Assembly: GCA_947623465.1 (NCBI GenBank)
Contig: CANQGU010000002.1
Coordinates: 42,818 to 106,817 of the forward strand
DNA length: 64,000 nt
Direction of reading: 5' to 3'
Source: an uncultured Clostridia bacterium
Lineage (GTDB): Bacteria; Bacillota; Clostridia; TANB77; CAG-508
Positions within the stretch are counted from its first letter, which is position 1, and each line of letters opens with the position of its first letter. Positions 1 through 12,073 of this stretch are shown here, piece by piece. A program made the position numbers and the translations under genes. The notes beneath the pieces were generated by a model, which was not told the DNA's origin, made no database searches, and was given only the letters and a program-made list of their open reading frames with translations.

Positions 1-3000
1 ATTGTCCTCCATTTTCTCTAACTCCTGGTAAATATGCCTTTATATATCCCGGATTTAGTTCACCATTTGCAAAAGGTGGGTCAAGCAGTTTTATAATTCC
101 ATTTTCTTTATCTACTAAGTGATTTTCTAAACTTTCCATCGCCTGTAATTTTTTATCTTCATCTCCTGCATTTGATATTACTGACCAACTTTGAGCTATG
201 CTATCTATCCTACATTCTTCGTTTTCAATGCTTCCTAAAATACTTCCATTATCCATATATGCGCGTCTAAACCATCTTCCGTCCCAGCCCTTAGAATTTA
301 ATGCTATTTTTAAATCTTGAAGTATTTTTCTATATTTTTGTACTCTATCTGCTTCTCCTCTTTCTTCAATATATGGTAAAAATCTATCTATTATTGTATA
401 TAAGAAAAATCCAAGCCAAACACTTTCTCCTTTTCCTTTATTTCCAACTTCACTAAAGCCATCATTCCAGTCTCCTGTTCCAATTTTAGGAAGTCCATTT
501 TCACCAAAATTTAAAGATTTTTCTATAGCTCTAATAATGTGTTCATAAATTGTCTCTGTAATATTTGATTTTGTAAATTTATCATATCTTTCTTCTTCAT
601 TGTCTTTTAATACTTCACCTTGTAAATATGGAGTTTTTATATTTAAAATTTCTTTATCATTTGTTATATCTATATATTCTAAACATAAATATGCAAGCCA
701 TAACAAATCGTCTGAAAACCTTGTTCTTATTCCTCTTTCTGTTTCATCATGCCACCAGTGTTCTACATCTCCTTCAATAAATTGATGCTCAGAATGCTTT
801 ATTATTTGATTTTTTATCATTTCAGGATTTATATATTTTAAACACAAAGTATCTTGAAGTTGGTCTCTAAAGCCATATGCACCACCTGATTGATAAAATC
901 CTGTTCTTGCATATAATCTACTTGCAATTGTTTGATACAAAGCCCACCCATTTAGCATTATATTTATAGATTCTATTGGAGTATATACTTGGACTTTTTC
1001 TAAAATATCTTTCCATTTTCTTTTTACATTTTCAAGCTCTTGCTTGCAGTTTTGAATTTTGCTATATTTATAGCTAATATTTTTTCCATCTATTATATTA
1101 TTTGTTGCCCCTAAATTTAGCACTATTTCTTTTGAAGACATACTATCTAGCTCAACTTCTATTTGAATTGCAATACAAGATTTTGAGTCAAATCCTAAGT
1201 TATTATTTAATCTTACCTTTTTTAATCCATCTGGATTACTTAAACCACCATTTCCTAAAAAGAATTTTTTATCTCCTGTAAAACTTTTTATTTTTTCACT
1301 ACTTGATACATATACTTTACTTTTAAAATCTGATTCATAAAGATTTTCTGCAAATACCATATTAGCATTATCATCATAATTTATTTTTATCTTGCCATCT
1401 GATTTTACCTCTTCTTCACCAAGTACAGGCTTTACATAGTAAACTATTTTTAATTTTTTGCGTTCTAATGTGTTATTACTTAATTTCAATATATTTACTT
1501 TTAAAGTATCTTCATTTGGAACAAATATTTCTAACTCTTGAGTTATTCCTTGACTTTCATGAATATATTTTGAATAACCAAATCCATAAATTATACTATA
1601 ATCATTTTCATCTGGCATTGGATTTAATCCCATTGACCATCTTTTACCTGTTTTTAAATCTTCCATATATATTACTTCTGATGGAATATCTAAATGTGGT
1701 TTATTTGACCAACTTGAAATTCTATTCAACCTACAATTTTTATGCCACGTGTAGCCTCCCATACTTTCTGTAACTAAAGTTCCAAAATTTTCATTTGCTA
1801 AAACATGTGACCATACAGTTGGTAAACGTTTTTCTTTATTTACTTTAATCAAATATTCTTTTCCATTAGGTGAAAATGCACCATAATCATTAAAATACTT
1901 TATTTCTTCATTATTTAAAATATCTATTTGAGGTTTAAATTCTTCTTCTATAGATGTTTCAAAATCTTCTTCTGGAATATTTTGAAAGCTTCCCATATAT
2001 TCTTCTTCTAAATCTGAAACTAAGTGACTTAAATCCCCTAAATGTGCATCTACTGTAAAACATGAAACAAAGTTTAATACATCCCAATCCTTCTTAGATA
2101 ATTCATTTTTAGAAAGTAAAAAGATTCCGACCTTGTTTGTTCATCATAAATCCTAAGTGCCTATCAAGTATTTTAGCCTCTATTTCTTGCCTTACATAAT
2201 TTTCATAGCTGTGTTTTTCTTCATCTAAAAAAACTAAATCTACTTGTACATCTTTACTTCTAAAAAATTCATACATCTTTAAAATTTGTTTTACTACATA
2301 TACATCATTTATATCTTTTATTTTAACTAATATTATTGGTAAATCTCCTGAAATACCATTTTTCCATAAATCACTTTGTGAATATATAGAATTATTTAAG
2401 TTCTTTATTTGCTTGCATCTTAAAGGATTATCAAAAAATATATATCCTAAAATCTTTTGATATAATTCTATATCTTTTGCTTTTGTTTCTAAATACCTAC
2501 TTTCAGCCTCTGCTTTTGCTTTAGATATTTCAAATGCTCTTTTAACATTTTCTATATTTTTATATTTTTTTAGATTATCTATTGCAAAATCTCTATTTCT
2601 AGATACAGAAATAATTAAATTGATATGCTTTATGTCTTTAGGTGCAATTTTTATTGTTTTTCTTTGAACAGCTATAGGCTCAGTAACTAGACCAATTTTT
2701 TTAGAAAGTGGAATAGATTTTTCTACAGCTAGTGGCAAATTTAAATTTCCTCTTTCATCAAATTTTTCTTTATCTATTTCAAACTCATTATCAACAATTG
2801 TTTCACTATCTGTGTAAAATGCTGTTTCTAAAAATACTTCTTGTTCTGAATTGCTCCTTTTTTTGCGTTTTATTTCTAAAATATTTTCATCTACATCATA
2901 GTCAAAAATTAAAAATAAATTATTAAATGCAGGATGAGCGTAATCTTGCTCTTTGCTTGAAAGTATTGGCTCAAATGTTGATGTAATTTCAAGTTCCACA

Positions 3001-6000
3001 TCTTCATTTGATAAGTTTTCTATTTCTAAACATCTTATTTCAACCGCTTCTTCTGGATCTATTGTTATTTTTAAATTTGTTTTTATATTTTCATCCTTTT
3101 TTTCAAAACCAATTTGGTCAGGCATAAATGAAACTAAAGAGCCTTCTTCTCCCATTTTTATAACTTTATTAGAATTAATGTCTTTTACATATAAAAATAT
3201 ACCTTGATTGTAATCGTCTGTTGGTTTAAATCTATTTACATATATATTTCCACATTTACTAAATCCTTGTGACTTCTGGTTTATACCTATTGTGTATATT
3301 CCATTTGATATTACATTTGACCTAATTAATCTTTCATCAATTTTTTTGTAACTTACAACTGAATAATTTTCATAATCTTTGTATTTTCCTTTTTCTGGTT
3401 TTTCTTTTTCCTCTTTTGTTACAATAAATGTTTCTGGCATCCTTTCTTGCAATAATATTTCTACTGCTTTTGCTTCAGGGTTTTTAATAAAACGAGTCTG
3501 AAATATATTATTGTTTATTAAGTTATTTATAGAAAGCAAAATCAAAGCTTGATGGTGTGCCATATAGGTTTTAACTGCATTTGAAGTTTCATTTGAGCGT
3601 AGTCTTTGGTATGAAAAATCCAAGCTTTCATAAAAACCATATTTATTAAACATACCATATTTTTCTAGGTTTTTTAGATTTTTTACAACCTCTTTAGGCT
3701 TATCTGTAATAGCAAGTACACTTGCATAACTTGAAATTACAATTTCATCTGCTAAGCCTCGCTTCAATCCAAGCCATGGTATTCCAAATGCTTTATATTG
3801 GTAATTTGAGTGTAAATCTTTAACATTAAATGCTGATTCTGAAATTCCCCATGGAGTACCCAAAAATTTTGCATATTCTATTTGACTCATAATTGCAAAT
3901 CTAATAGATTCATCTATTAAGCTTCCTTTATATCTTGGAATATTTATATTTGGCATTAAATATTCAAATGCCGTTCCAGACCATGAAATCAAACCTTTTT
4001 TATTATTTAAAATTGTAAGTGTTCTACTTAAAGCATTCCAATGTTTTACATCAACATCTCTTTTTATAATTGCAATTAAACTTGCTTGCCTTGCTTCTGA
4101 TGCTAACAAATCATAATATGAATCTGTTAATTTATTTTCTTCAATATTAAATCCTATAGAAAATAGTCGGTGTTCTTTACTATATAATTTTGAAAAATCA
4201 GTATTTTCTATCATAGAAGTTATTTCATTAATTGTATCTGCTAAATCCTCCCTATTTTGCTCTTCTAAAAACATTTTTGTTACATATAAATACCCCACAA
4301 AATTTCCGCTATCTACTGTTGAAATATATCTTGGATTTAGTGGTTTCATAGTTTTTATATTGTACCAATTATATAAATGTCCATTCCATTTATCTAACTT
4401 CATTATTGTATTTATAATATTTTTTAAAATGTTTATTCCGCTCTTCTTTTTCAATGTAATTTAAATCAATTCCTGCTTGAATACTAAGTAAAGATAACCC
4501 AATATTTGTAGATGATGTTCTATCTACATATTTATATTTTCTATCTTCTTGGTAATTATCTGGAATTAAATAATTATTTTCTTTATTTATATTATCATAG
4601 AAAAATTCAAATGTTCTTCTTCCTATTTCTTTAACATAGCTAATTTCTTCTGTATTTAATACTGATTTTGCTTGTTTTTCTTCAATTTCTTTACTAATAT
4701 AACACATTATACTTGGTGCAATTACCCAAAGTGCTCCTAAGAAAATACCTAAAATACTTCTATTTAAAATAAAATAAATTATTGTAATTACACCAAATAA
4801 AATATTAAATACCATTGCTTTATTGTAGCTTAATAAATCACCTTTGGAATTTTTCTCTGCTTCTTCTGATGTCATCCATTCAAGCATGTGCTTTTTTGTA
4901 AATATTGTTCTATACAATGTTTTACAAATTGCTTTTAAACTAGTCCATGCTTTATATGGAATAACTGCTATTGTTAAAAATCCTCTACATATTGCTGCAA
5001 GTTTTCCATCTATTTTTGGGGTAAAATTATTTTGTTTTTGTTCTCCTTCTCTTTTAAAAATTATTGAATTTATAATTTCTAAAATATATGGCAAAACAGT
5101 TATAACAGCCAAAAGCGTAATAGGAAAAGTTACATTTATATTAAATATTTTTCCAACTACTAAAAAATAGATTCCGGAAACTATAGTCGCTATCTCAAAT
5201 AAGCTTCTTCTTAAATTATCAAAAATTTTATATTTAGAAAGTAAATTTAATTTTTTACTTTTAAGCCACCTAATTATTTGCCAGTCTCCTCTAATCCACC
5301 TAGAAAGCCTAGACATAAAGCTTGTGTATTTTGTTGGATACCCATCCATTATTAAAATATCTGATGCTAAACCACATCTTAAATAACTTCCCTCTAATAA
5401 ATCATGGCTTAAAACTGTATTTTCAGGAATTTCGTTTTTTAATATTTTTGTATATAATTTTAAATCAAATATTCCCTTACCTGTAAAAATTCCTTCTCCA
5501 AAATTATCTTGGTATATATCTGAAATAGCATTTGAATAACTATCTACTCCGCCACTTCCTGCAAATATTTTTGTAAATAATGATTTATAAGAAATATCTA
5601 AATTGATTCCTACTCTTGGCTGAATCAAACCATATCCATTTACTACTTTATTTTCTTCTACCTCTGGTTTATTTAAAATGTGAGCCATACTTCCTACCAA
5701 TTCAAAAGCTGAATTTAAACTCAAATCTGTGTCTGCATCTAATGTAATTATATATTTAATATTTGGCAACCTACTTTTAAAATTGTTTATTGTATTTATA
5801 TTAAATTTTCTTTGTTCTTCTGCATCATCCATATTTCCTTGTAGAAATTCTGTAAAATCAAGAATTGCTCCTCTTTTTCTTTCCCAACCTAGGTATGAAC
5901 CTTCACTTTTATTATACATACGCTTTCTATATATAAAGTGAAATATAGGAAACTTTTGATTTGGATATTTTTTATTTAATTTTTCCGTTTCTTCTAATCC

Positions 6001-7452
6001 TGCTCTTATAACTTGTGAATCAAAGTTTTCTATTTCTTTAGAGGATTCTTTGCAATCTCCAAGTAAACAAAAATATAGATTATCTGATTTATTTGCTAAA
6101 TAATCTACTTCCAAATTTTTAAACATTTCTTGTACTTTTTGTTTTGTACTTACTATTGTTGGAATTATAACAAAAGTTGCTTCGTTATTTGGAATTCCAT
6201 CATTAAAATCAAGTTTGGGAATTAATTTTGGTTTAACAAATTTACTTAATATATATTGAGCAATTTGTATTATAAATTCTGAAATTGGTATTAATAAAAG
6301 CAAAAATGAAACAAGGTTTATCCACATATTTTGCATACTTTGTGGATAAAAAGCTGCAATACCACCTGAAATTATAATACTTAAAACAAGAACCCAACTA
6401 ATATACATTTTTACTTTTTTGTTTGTACTTAAAATTTTTTCATTTTTATATTGAACTTTATCATATAAAATATTTACATTTTTATCTAATAAATAATATC
6501 CAATATGTGATTTTTTAGAGCCTATATCTCCTTCTTGTGCAAGCTCAAGCAATTTTTTTGCAATATACATTTCCGATATTTTAGTTTTTTTAGAAATTTC
6601 TTTTATTTTATTTCTGTAATCTTCTTTTGTTCTATAATCCATCTTATCATATACTTTTGCGGGGTCTTTTCTTAAAATTTCTTCAACACTATTTATTTTT
6701 TCAAATATCTCTAAAAAGTTTATAATTTGAATCTTTTTTAAAGATGTAATTGAATTTCCTATAGAAATTTTTTTAACAGCAATATCAAAATGCTCTCTTT
6801 TAATTATCTCTGAAACCGAGCTTCCTGTTTTTTCAACTTCTTCTTCTAAAACTCTTAAAAAACTTTCTGTCTTTTTCCCATATTTTTTTAGCTTATATGA
6901 CATGTATTCTACATAAGGATATTTTATATCATATAAATTTATTTTTATTTTTCCATTAGTCTTAAAATAACTAAAATTTTGCTCTGATTTTGGCTTATTT
7001 TCAACTAATCTTTCTATTACAGATTCAACCTTGTATTTTTCCATTTGAGATACAAAAATGCTTTCTGCAATTTGTCTTATATTTTCTATTATTGCAATTT
7101 GCATAAATATTCCTATGTTCCATATCTCGTCCATGCTTAAGTTCTTTTTTGTTTGATATGCTCTTAAGCTTTCTTCTAATATTTTACTTGTTATTTTGTT
7201 ATCTGTATAATTTACAATTTCTGAAGCAAGTACATATATTCTTGCAAACCCTTGGTACTTACCATTTGCAAGCCCTACAAAATTTTTGTATTTTTTTAAA
7301 GGCATCTGTTTTTCTATTGATTTTGTTATTTCTTCTATGGCATAAAAATTATCTAAAAGCCACTCTCCTGCAGGATGAATAGTAATTTTAGATTTTACAT
7401 TTTCATTTAATAAATTATATACTTCTTTTATAACACTATAATTTTCTAGCAT
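1..7452 (-). CDS. Cyclic beta-1,2-glucan synthase-like giant protein (N-terminal multi-TM + GT84/GT2-like domain, C-terminal GH94 cellobiose-phosphorylase-like domain). Its 3' end runs beyond the window start. The reading frame is broken twice, at ~4439 and ~2128; ORF-track pieces 4390-7452 and 2109-4454 plus an open frame 1-2140 are one gene.
   Basis: 1020-aa N-terminal ORF has 6+ TM helices and a GT2-like DxD region (ITLDADTDL). The middle ORF carries the PWGISESAFN motif. Hand translation of the minus strand 2140..1 gives GH94 motifs (YGFRDQLQD, EHWWH, KGWDGRWFRRAY, NPGYIKAYLPGVRENGGQ). Deleting one C at each junction fuses the three frames. Confidence 0.75.
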
Positions 7453-7587
7453 TCTTGGTATTGGGTAGGTATTTTTATCTGAATTTTGTTTTATATTATG
7501 AGTGCTTGCTACCTTTTCTAAATGCCCGCATGAGCTCTTGCTTGTTTAATAATGCTCCTTCAATATTTAATATTTTTGTATTCATAA

Positions 7588-7632
7588 AAATAATTCCCCC
7601 AAATTTGCAATTTTGTTTATTATTTGCAAATT
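7588..7632. terminator. Strong hairpin (15-bp stem, cccccaaatttgcaa / ttgcaaatttggggg) with flanking T-run; likely terminator of the minus-strand TA operon.
   Basis: Perfect inverted repeat read directly; lies between the antitoxin stop (7657) and the glucan synthase start (7452). Confidence 0.6.
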
Positions 7633-7656
7633 TGGGGGATGTTATTCATTAATATT

Positions 7657-8673
7657 TTATTTGATTATTTTCAAATCACTTGCATATTCAAAAGATATCT
7701 TTTCGTATTTTTTAGTTTTTTTCCATCCATCTTCTTCATGTGACATATTTGATATTTCATTCACATTTTTATTTTTTAATCTTTTAATTATTTTATCTAT
7801 TATTTCTATTTCTTTTTTATTTAATTTTGATAAATCATAATTATTATTACTTGTTATATATGTCTTAGTGCCAGTTTCATCTTCATATTCGTTTCTTGTA
7901 TACTTTTCATCTAATAATGATATTTCATTATATTTTTGTTCCATTATAGTAGGACCAAATTGTTGATTTTGATATGTTAACCCAGTGATTGAAACTCCTC
8001 TCTCTTTAAATGATAACATATCTATAAACCATAAATATTTATTTATACTTGTAATAGTAAAATTGCTCACTTTACTTGCAATGTATGAAATTATATTTTC
8101 AACTTTTTCTAAATCAAATATCTTGTATCCATTGTATATATCTGGTCTCCTATTTAATTTGCTATTTATATATTTTCTATATAATTCTTGAATATCATCT
8201 TTACTTACATCATTTTCTTCGTTATATGAGACAATTTTATTATATGTTTTTTTACTTATATTATTTTTTTCATATGCTTCTTTTACTTTATTCATAAATT
8301 CATTTTCATTATTTATTAATAGCTTTATATAATCACTTTGAGATTTTGTTGGAACTCCCCCTCTTTCATATCTATTAATGGTCATTTTTCCAAGTCCCAA
8401 AATAGATGTTAGTTCTCTTTGAGACAAATCATATTTCTCTCTTAATTTGATTATATCTTGTGGTTTAATAATATTTGCTTTTTTTCTATAAATCTCATAT
8501 ATTCTTTGAGTATTTTTATTTTCGATTTCATTAATATACAAATCTTCGTTACATTCTTTGCATATAGCAACATTTTCGTATGAGTTTATTTCTACACCTC
8601 TAAACATTTTAATATCTCTTTTTTCAATTTTATATTCTACTTCTTTTTTACAATATGGACAATATACTTTCAT
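7657..8673 (-). CDS. MqsA-like antitoxin: N-terminal YgiT/MqsA-type zinc ribbon (CPYC...CKEC), XRE-type HTH, plus an unusually long ~200-aa C-terminal extension (possibly DUF4065/Panacea-like).
   Basis: Zn-ribbon motif CPYCKKEV...CKECNEDL followed by the HTH LSQRELTSILGLGKMTINRYERG. The likely start is the internal Met (MKVYCPYC), preceded by a GGGGGA RBS and overlapping the toxin stop. The ORF-track N-terminal extension contains an in-frame CGG and is probably not translated. Confidence 0.6.
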   Translation of the reverse strand: MKVYCPYCKKEVEYKIEKRDIKMFRGVEINSYENVAICKECNEDLYINEIENKNTQRIYEIYRKKANIIKPQDIIKLREKYDLSQRELTSILGLGKMTINRYERGGVPTKSQSDYIKLLINNENEFMNKVKEAYEKNNISKKTYNKIVSYNEENDVSKDDIQELYRKYINSKLNRRPDIYNGYKIFDLEKVENIISYIASKVSNFTITSINKYLWFIDMLSFKERGVSITGLTYQNQQFGPTIMEQKYNEISLLDEKYTRNEYEDETGTKTYITSNNNYDLSKLNKKEIEIIDKIIKRLKNKNVNEISNMSHEEDGWKKTKKYEKISFEYASDLKIIK

Positions 8674-8674
8674 C

Positions 8675-9031
8675 TTAAATTCCCCCATCATATTTACCAA
8701 ATTCATGTACTGACAAACAAACCGATTTTTCTGAACTTTCAATTCTTATTTTAATATATAATTTTGTATTTTCAAATAAAGGATTAAATTTAAATATCCA
8801 TCCCTTATATTTCGAATCTCTATCCTTCTCTGGACCAGAATAACAATCCTCTATTGAAAGACCTCTTATGATATCTTTTACATCTTCATTATTTAGATTA
8901 TACTCCCTCATGAAATTTATATTCTTTTTTGTTCTTACAATAATAAATTTATCGCCATTATTATCTTGGTCTATAATTTTTTTGATTTTAAGTAAATTAC
9001 TACTCTGTATTTGGTCTTCTATTGTGTTCAT
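8675..9031 (-). CDS. MqsR-like mRNA interferase toxin (type II TA toxin)
   Basis: Local similarity to E. coli MqsR: IIRGLSIEDCYSG vs IIGLSESDFYKS, and LYIKIRI vs VYLKITV. Toxin-first order, with its stop overlapping the antitoxin start, matches the mqsRA arrangement. Confidence 0.55.
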   Translation of the reverse strand: MNTIEDQIQSSNLLKIKKIIDQDNNGDKFIIVRTKKNINFMREYNLNNEDVKDIIRGLSIEDCYSGPEKDRDSKYKGWIFKFNPLFENTKLYIKIRIESSEKSVCLSVHEFGKYDGGI

Positions 9032-9039
9032 TTGTCATC

Positions 9040-9068
9040 TCCTTTGATAAAGTGCCATTTTTTAGTGG
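9040..9068. promoter_or_regulatory. Palindrome aagtgccat-N-atggcactt immediately upstream of the toxin start; candidate TA operator.
   Basis: Inverted repeat seen in sequence, 10-35 nt upstream of the ATG at 9031. Confidence 0.3.
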
Positions 9069-9153
9069 CACTTTTTTATTTTATCACATAAATTATTAAA
9101 AAGCAATACTTTTTATCAATTTTGTATTAAAAATCATTTTTAATTTTAAAGGC

Positions 9154-9185
9154 AAAAGCTGTAATGCGTTCGCATTACAGCTTTT
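9154..9185. terminator. Hairpin terminator downstream of rbr (aaaagctgtaatgcg ttc cgcattacagctttt)
   Basis: Perfect 15-bp inverted repeat with flanking A/T runs. Confidence 0.5.
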
Positions 9186-9223
9186 AAATTCATTATTTTA
9201 GTAATTTTTATGCCATTTATTTT

Positions 9224-9757
9224 TTAATAATTTTCAGCTTTTATTTCGAAATATGCTTGTGGGTGGCTACATACTGGGCAAACTTCTGGTGCACTAGTTC
9301 CAACTACTATATGACCACAGTTTCTACATTTCCATATTTTAACTTCTCCTGCTGAAAATACTGTTCCATTTTCAACATTTTCTAATAATTTTTTATATCT
9401 TTCTTCATGTTCTTTTTCTATTTTTGCAACAGCTTCAAATAAATAAGCTATTCTATCAAATCCTTCTTCTTTAGCTGTTTTTGCAAAGTCTTGATACATA
9501 TCTGTCCACTCAAAATTTTCTCCTTCTGCAGCAGCTTTTAAGTTTTCTGCAGTTGTACCAATTCCATTTAATTCTTTAAACCACATTTTTGCATGTTCTT
9601 TTTCGTTGTCTGCTGTTTCTTGGAAAATAGCAGCTATTTGTTCATATCCTTCTTTTTTAGCTTTACTTGCAAAATATGTGTATTTATTTCTTGCTTGTGA
9701 TTCTCCTGCAAATGCAGCCATTAAATTAGCTTCTGTTTTTGATCCTTTTAATTCCAT
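9224..9757 (-). CDS. rbr: Rubrerythrin
   Basis: Ferritin-like di-iron E..EXXH motifs plus a C-terminal rubredoxin-like CxxC...CxxC (CRNCGH...CPVCSHP). Confidence 0.9.
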   Translation of the reverse strand: MELKGSKTEANLMAAFAGESQARNKYTYFASKAKKEGYEQIAAIFQETADNEKEHAKMWFKELNGIGTTAENLKAAAEGENFEWTDMYQDFAKTAKEEGFDRIAYLFEAVAKIEKEHEERYKKLLENVENGTVFSAGEVKIWKCRNCGHIVVGTSAPEVCPVCSHPQAYFEIKAENY

Positions 9758-9877
9758 TTTTATTCCTCCTAATTATAAATTTCTTTCTTCGTATTATATC
9801 ACATTTTCATAATAATTCAAGAATTTTAAGCAATATTTTCTTTATTTAAAGTTAGTATAATATTCCTTAATTTCTTA

Positions 9878-11833
9878 TCATTGCTCATTAATTAATTCAA
9901 AATCGATTTGCCTTAAAATTTTATTTGCTGTCTTTACTCTTATATTCACTATATCCCCTATTTTATAAGTCTTTTTTGTGTGTTCTCCAATTAAAATTTT
10001 ATTATTTTCATCATAAATAAAATATTCATTTCCAAGGTCACGGAAACCTACTAAGCCTTCTACTGTATTTTCTAGCTCAACAAACATACCAAATGATGTT
10101 ATGCTTGAAACTACTCCTTCATACTCTTCACCTATATGTTTTTCCATATATTCAGCTTTTTTAATTTTCTCTGCTTCTCTTTCTGTTGTAGTTGCAATTT
10201 TTTCTCTTTCAGAAGAATTAATTGCAGCTTGATTGGCTATTGTTTTATATTTTTGTTTAAACTCTTCGGTTACATCATAGTCATTTTCTAGATATTTTGA
10301 TATTATTCTATGAATAAATAAGTCCGGATATCTTCTAATTGGTGAAGTAAAGTGGGCATAATATTTACTTGCTATTCCAAAATGACCTAAGTTTTCGTCA
10401 CTATATCTTGCAAGTTTAAGTGTTCTAAGTAATAAATTTGAAACTACTCTTTCTTCTTCTTTGCCTTTGACTTCATCTAAAACTAAAGCAAATGCTTTTG
10501 AGTGTATGTTATCTTTATTTGCTTTTATTTTTAAATCCATATTATATAAAAATTTATTTGCCTCTTTTATCTTGTCTATATCAGGCACTTCATGAATTCT
10601 ATAAATAAATGGTGCATCTAGCCAATAAAATTTTTCTGCTATAGTTTCATTTGCTGTTAGCATAAATTGCTCTATTATCTCATGAGAAAAATAAGTTTCA
10701 TATTTCTTTACATTTATTGCAAAACCTTCTTCATCAAGCTCTATTTTGCTTTCTGGTATATCTAAATTTAAGTAACCATTTTCTATTCTTCTTTGTTTTA
10801 GAATTTGTGCAAGCTCACTCATTTTTTCGAATTCAGGAATATATTTTTCATATCTTTTTAATACTTCTTCATCTGACTTATCTAAAATACTTTGTACATC
10901 TTTATAGTTCATCCTTTCAGTTACTCTTATAACTGCTTTATAAACTTTAGAATCTATTACTTCTCCTTTATTATTTATTTTCATTGAGCAACTTAAAGTA
11001 AATCTATCTTCTCCTTGATTTAAACTACATATTCCATTTGAAAGTTCTCTTGGTAGCATTGGAATTACTCTACCTAGCATATATATAGATGTACCTCTTA
11101 AATATGCTTCTTTGTCTAGTAAAGAATCCTGCTCTACATAGTGACTTACATCTGCTATATGGACATCTAAGCAAAAGTTTCCATCATCTAATTTTTGAAC
11201 TCTTACTGCATCATCTAAGTCTTTGGCATCTTCTCCATCTATTGTAAAAATAATATCATTTCTTAAATCTACTCTTGTTCCTATTTTACTTTCATCTATT
11301 TTGTTTCCTTTTGATTTTGCTTCATTTACAACTGCATCTGGAAATGTAGATGGCAGACCATATTCTTTTATTAAACTTAACATATCTACACCTGCTTCAT
11401 TTGGTCTACCTAGAACTTCTATTATTTTACCTTCTGCATTTTTATTTTTTTCTGGATATTTTAAAATTTCTACTAATACTTTATGGTTATTTCTTGCTTT
11501 TCCAAAATTTGATTTTGAAATAAATATATCTGTTCCAAAACTTGAATCATCTGGCACTACAAAGCCAAAATTTTTGTTATTTTGAAATGTCCCAACTATT
11601 GTATTTTTATTGTGTGAAAGTATTTTTAAAACTTTACCTTCTTTACTTTTTCCATTACCTTCTTTTTCTAAAATTTTTATTAATACTTTATCTCCGTTTA
11701 AAGCATGCATTGAGCGTTCTTTTGAAATATATATTTCTTCTTCGTCGTCTTCTATTTTTACAAATCCAAATCCTTTTGAGTTTCTTCTATATATTCCCTC
11801 AAATATTCTTTCTTCCATTTTATTTTTCTCCAA
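9878..11833 (-). CDS. rnr: Ribonuclease R (RNB-family 3'-5' exoribonuclease with S1/CSD domains)
   Basis: RNB catalytic motifs (RVDLR...FTIDGEDAKDLDDAV), N-terminal cold-shock-like domain and C-terminal S1 domain. Confidence 0.85.
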   Translation of the reverse strand: MEKNKMEERIFEGIYRRNSKGFGFVKIEDDEEEIYISKERSMHALNGDKVLIKILEKEGNGKSKEGKVLKILSHNKNTIVGTFQNNKNFGFVVPDDSSFGTDIFISKSNFGKARNNHKVLVEILKYPEKNKNAEGKIIEVLGRPNEAGVDMLSLIKEYGLPSTFPDAVVNEAKSKGNKIDESKIGTRVDLRNDIIFTIDGEDAKDLDDAVRVQKLDDGNFCLDVHIADVSHYVEQDSLLDKEAYLRGTSIYMLGRVIPMLPRELSNGICSLNQGEDRFTLSCSMKINNKGEVIDSKVYKAVIRVTERMNYKDVQSILDKSDEEVLKRYEKYIPEFEKMSELAQILKQRRIENGYLNLDIPESKIELDEEGFAINVKKYETYFSHEIIEQFMLTANETIAEKFYWLDAPFIYRIHEVPDIDKIKEANKFLYNMDLKIKANKDNIHSKAFALVLDEVKGKEEERVVSNLLLRTLKLARYSDENLGHFGIASKYYAHFTSPIRRYPDLFIHRIISKYLENDYDVTEEFKQKYKTIANQAAINSSEREKIATTTEREAEKIKKAEYMEKHIGEEYEGVVSSITSFGMFVELENTVEGLVGFRDLGNEYFIYDENNKILIGEHTKKTYKIGDIVNIRVKTANKILRQIDFELINEQ

Positions 11834-12034
11834 TCTTTGTTGTTATTAATATTATAACACGAGCTATAAGTTTTAATACCAATATGCAAGTTTTAAAAAT
11901 GAATTTATTAATTTAGTTTGTTCTTCTAATTCATCTTTGCTTGCAACATTATAATTCTCCCTACTTTCCATTGCTATTTTACAATGTTTTTGTTAATTTA
12001 TCAATTAATTTTAAAAATTTTTATAAAATTATAT

Positions 12035-12072
12035 TTTAAACAAAAAGACAGAACTTAATTTGTTCTGCCTTT
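12035..12072. terminator. Hairpin gacagaac-ttaatttg-ttctgcc with A/T runs on both sides, downstream of dnaJ.
   Basis: Imperfect inverted repeat directly after the dnaJ stop. Confidence 0.4.
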
Positions 12073-12073
12073 T

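Noticed and set aside
600-1773. Plus-strand ORFs 600-785 and 1468-1773 (and similar small plus-strand ORFs at 2732-2926, 2953-3207, 4844-5170, 5729-5941, 7149-7382)
   Set aside because: They lie antisense within the long minus-strand glucan-synthase reading frame, have low-complexity AT-rich translations and no RBS: chance ORFs in AT-rich DNA.
8719-8727. TCGGTT near the toxin 3' end as a possible eleventh extra-C site
   Set aside because: In the toxin frame it reads TCG-GTT (Ser-Val), not CGG. Removing the C would fuse toxin and antitoxin, which is implausible. The MqsR alignment indicates the toxin ends naturally here.
8676-8742. N-terminal 23-codon extension of the antitoxin ORF (MKVQKNRFVCQYMNLVNMMGEFK), which contains an in-frame CGG
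   Set aside because: It overlaps the toxin coding region. The real start is the internal ATG at 8673, which has a GGGGGA RBS and the TAA-G-ATG coupling, so this CGG is not in a translated frame.
9758-9877. Possible PerR box (tttataattagga) in the rubrerythrin promoter
   Set aside because: Only a partial match to TTATAATnATTATAA; not confident enough to annotate.
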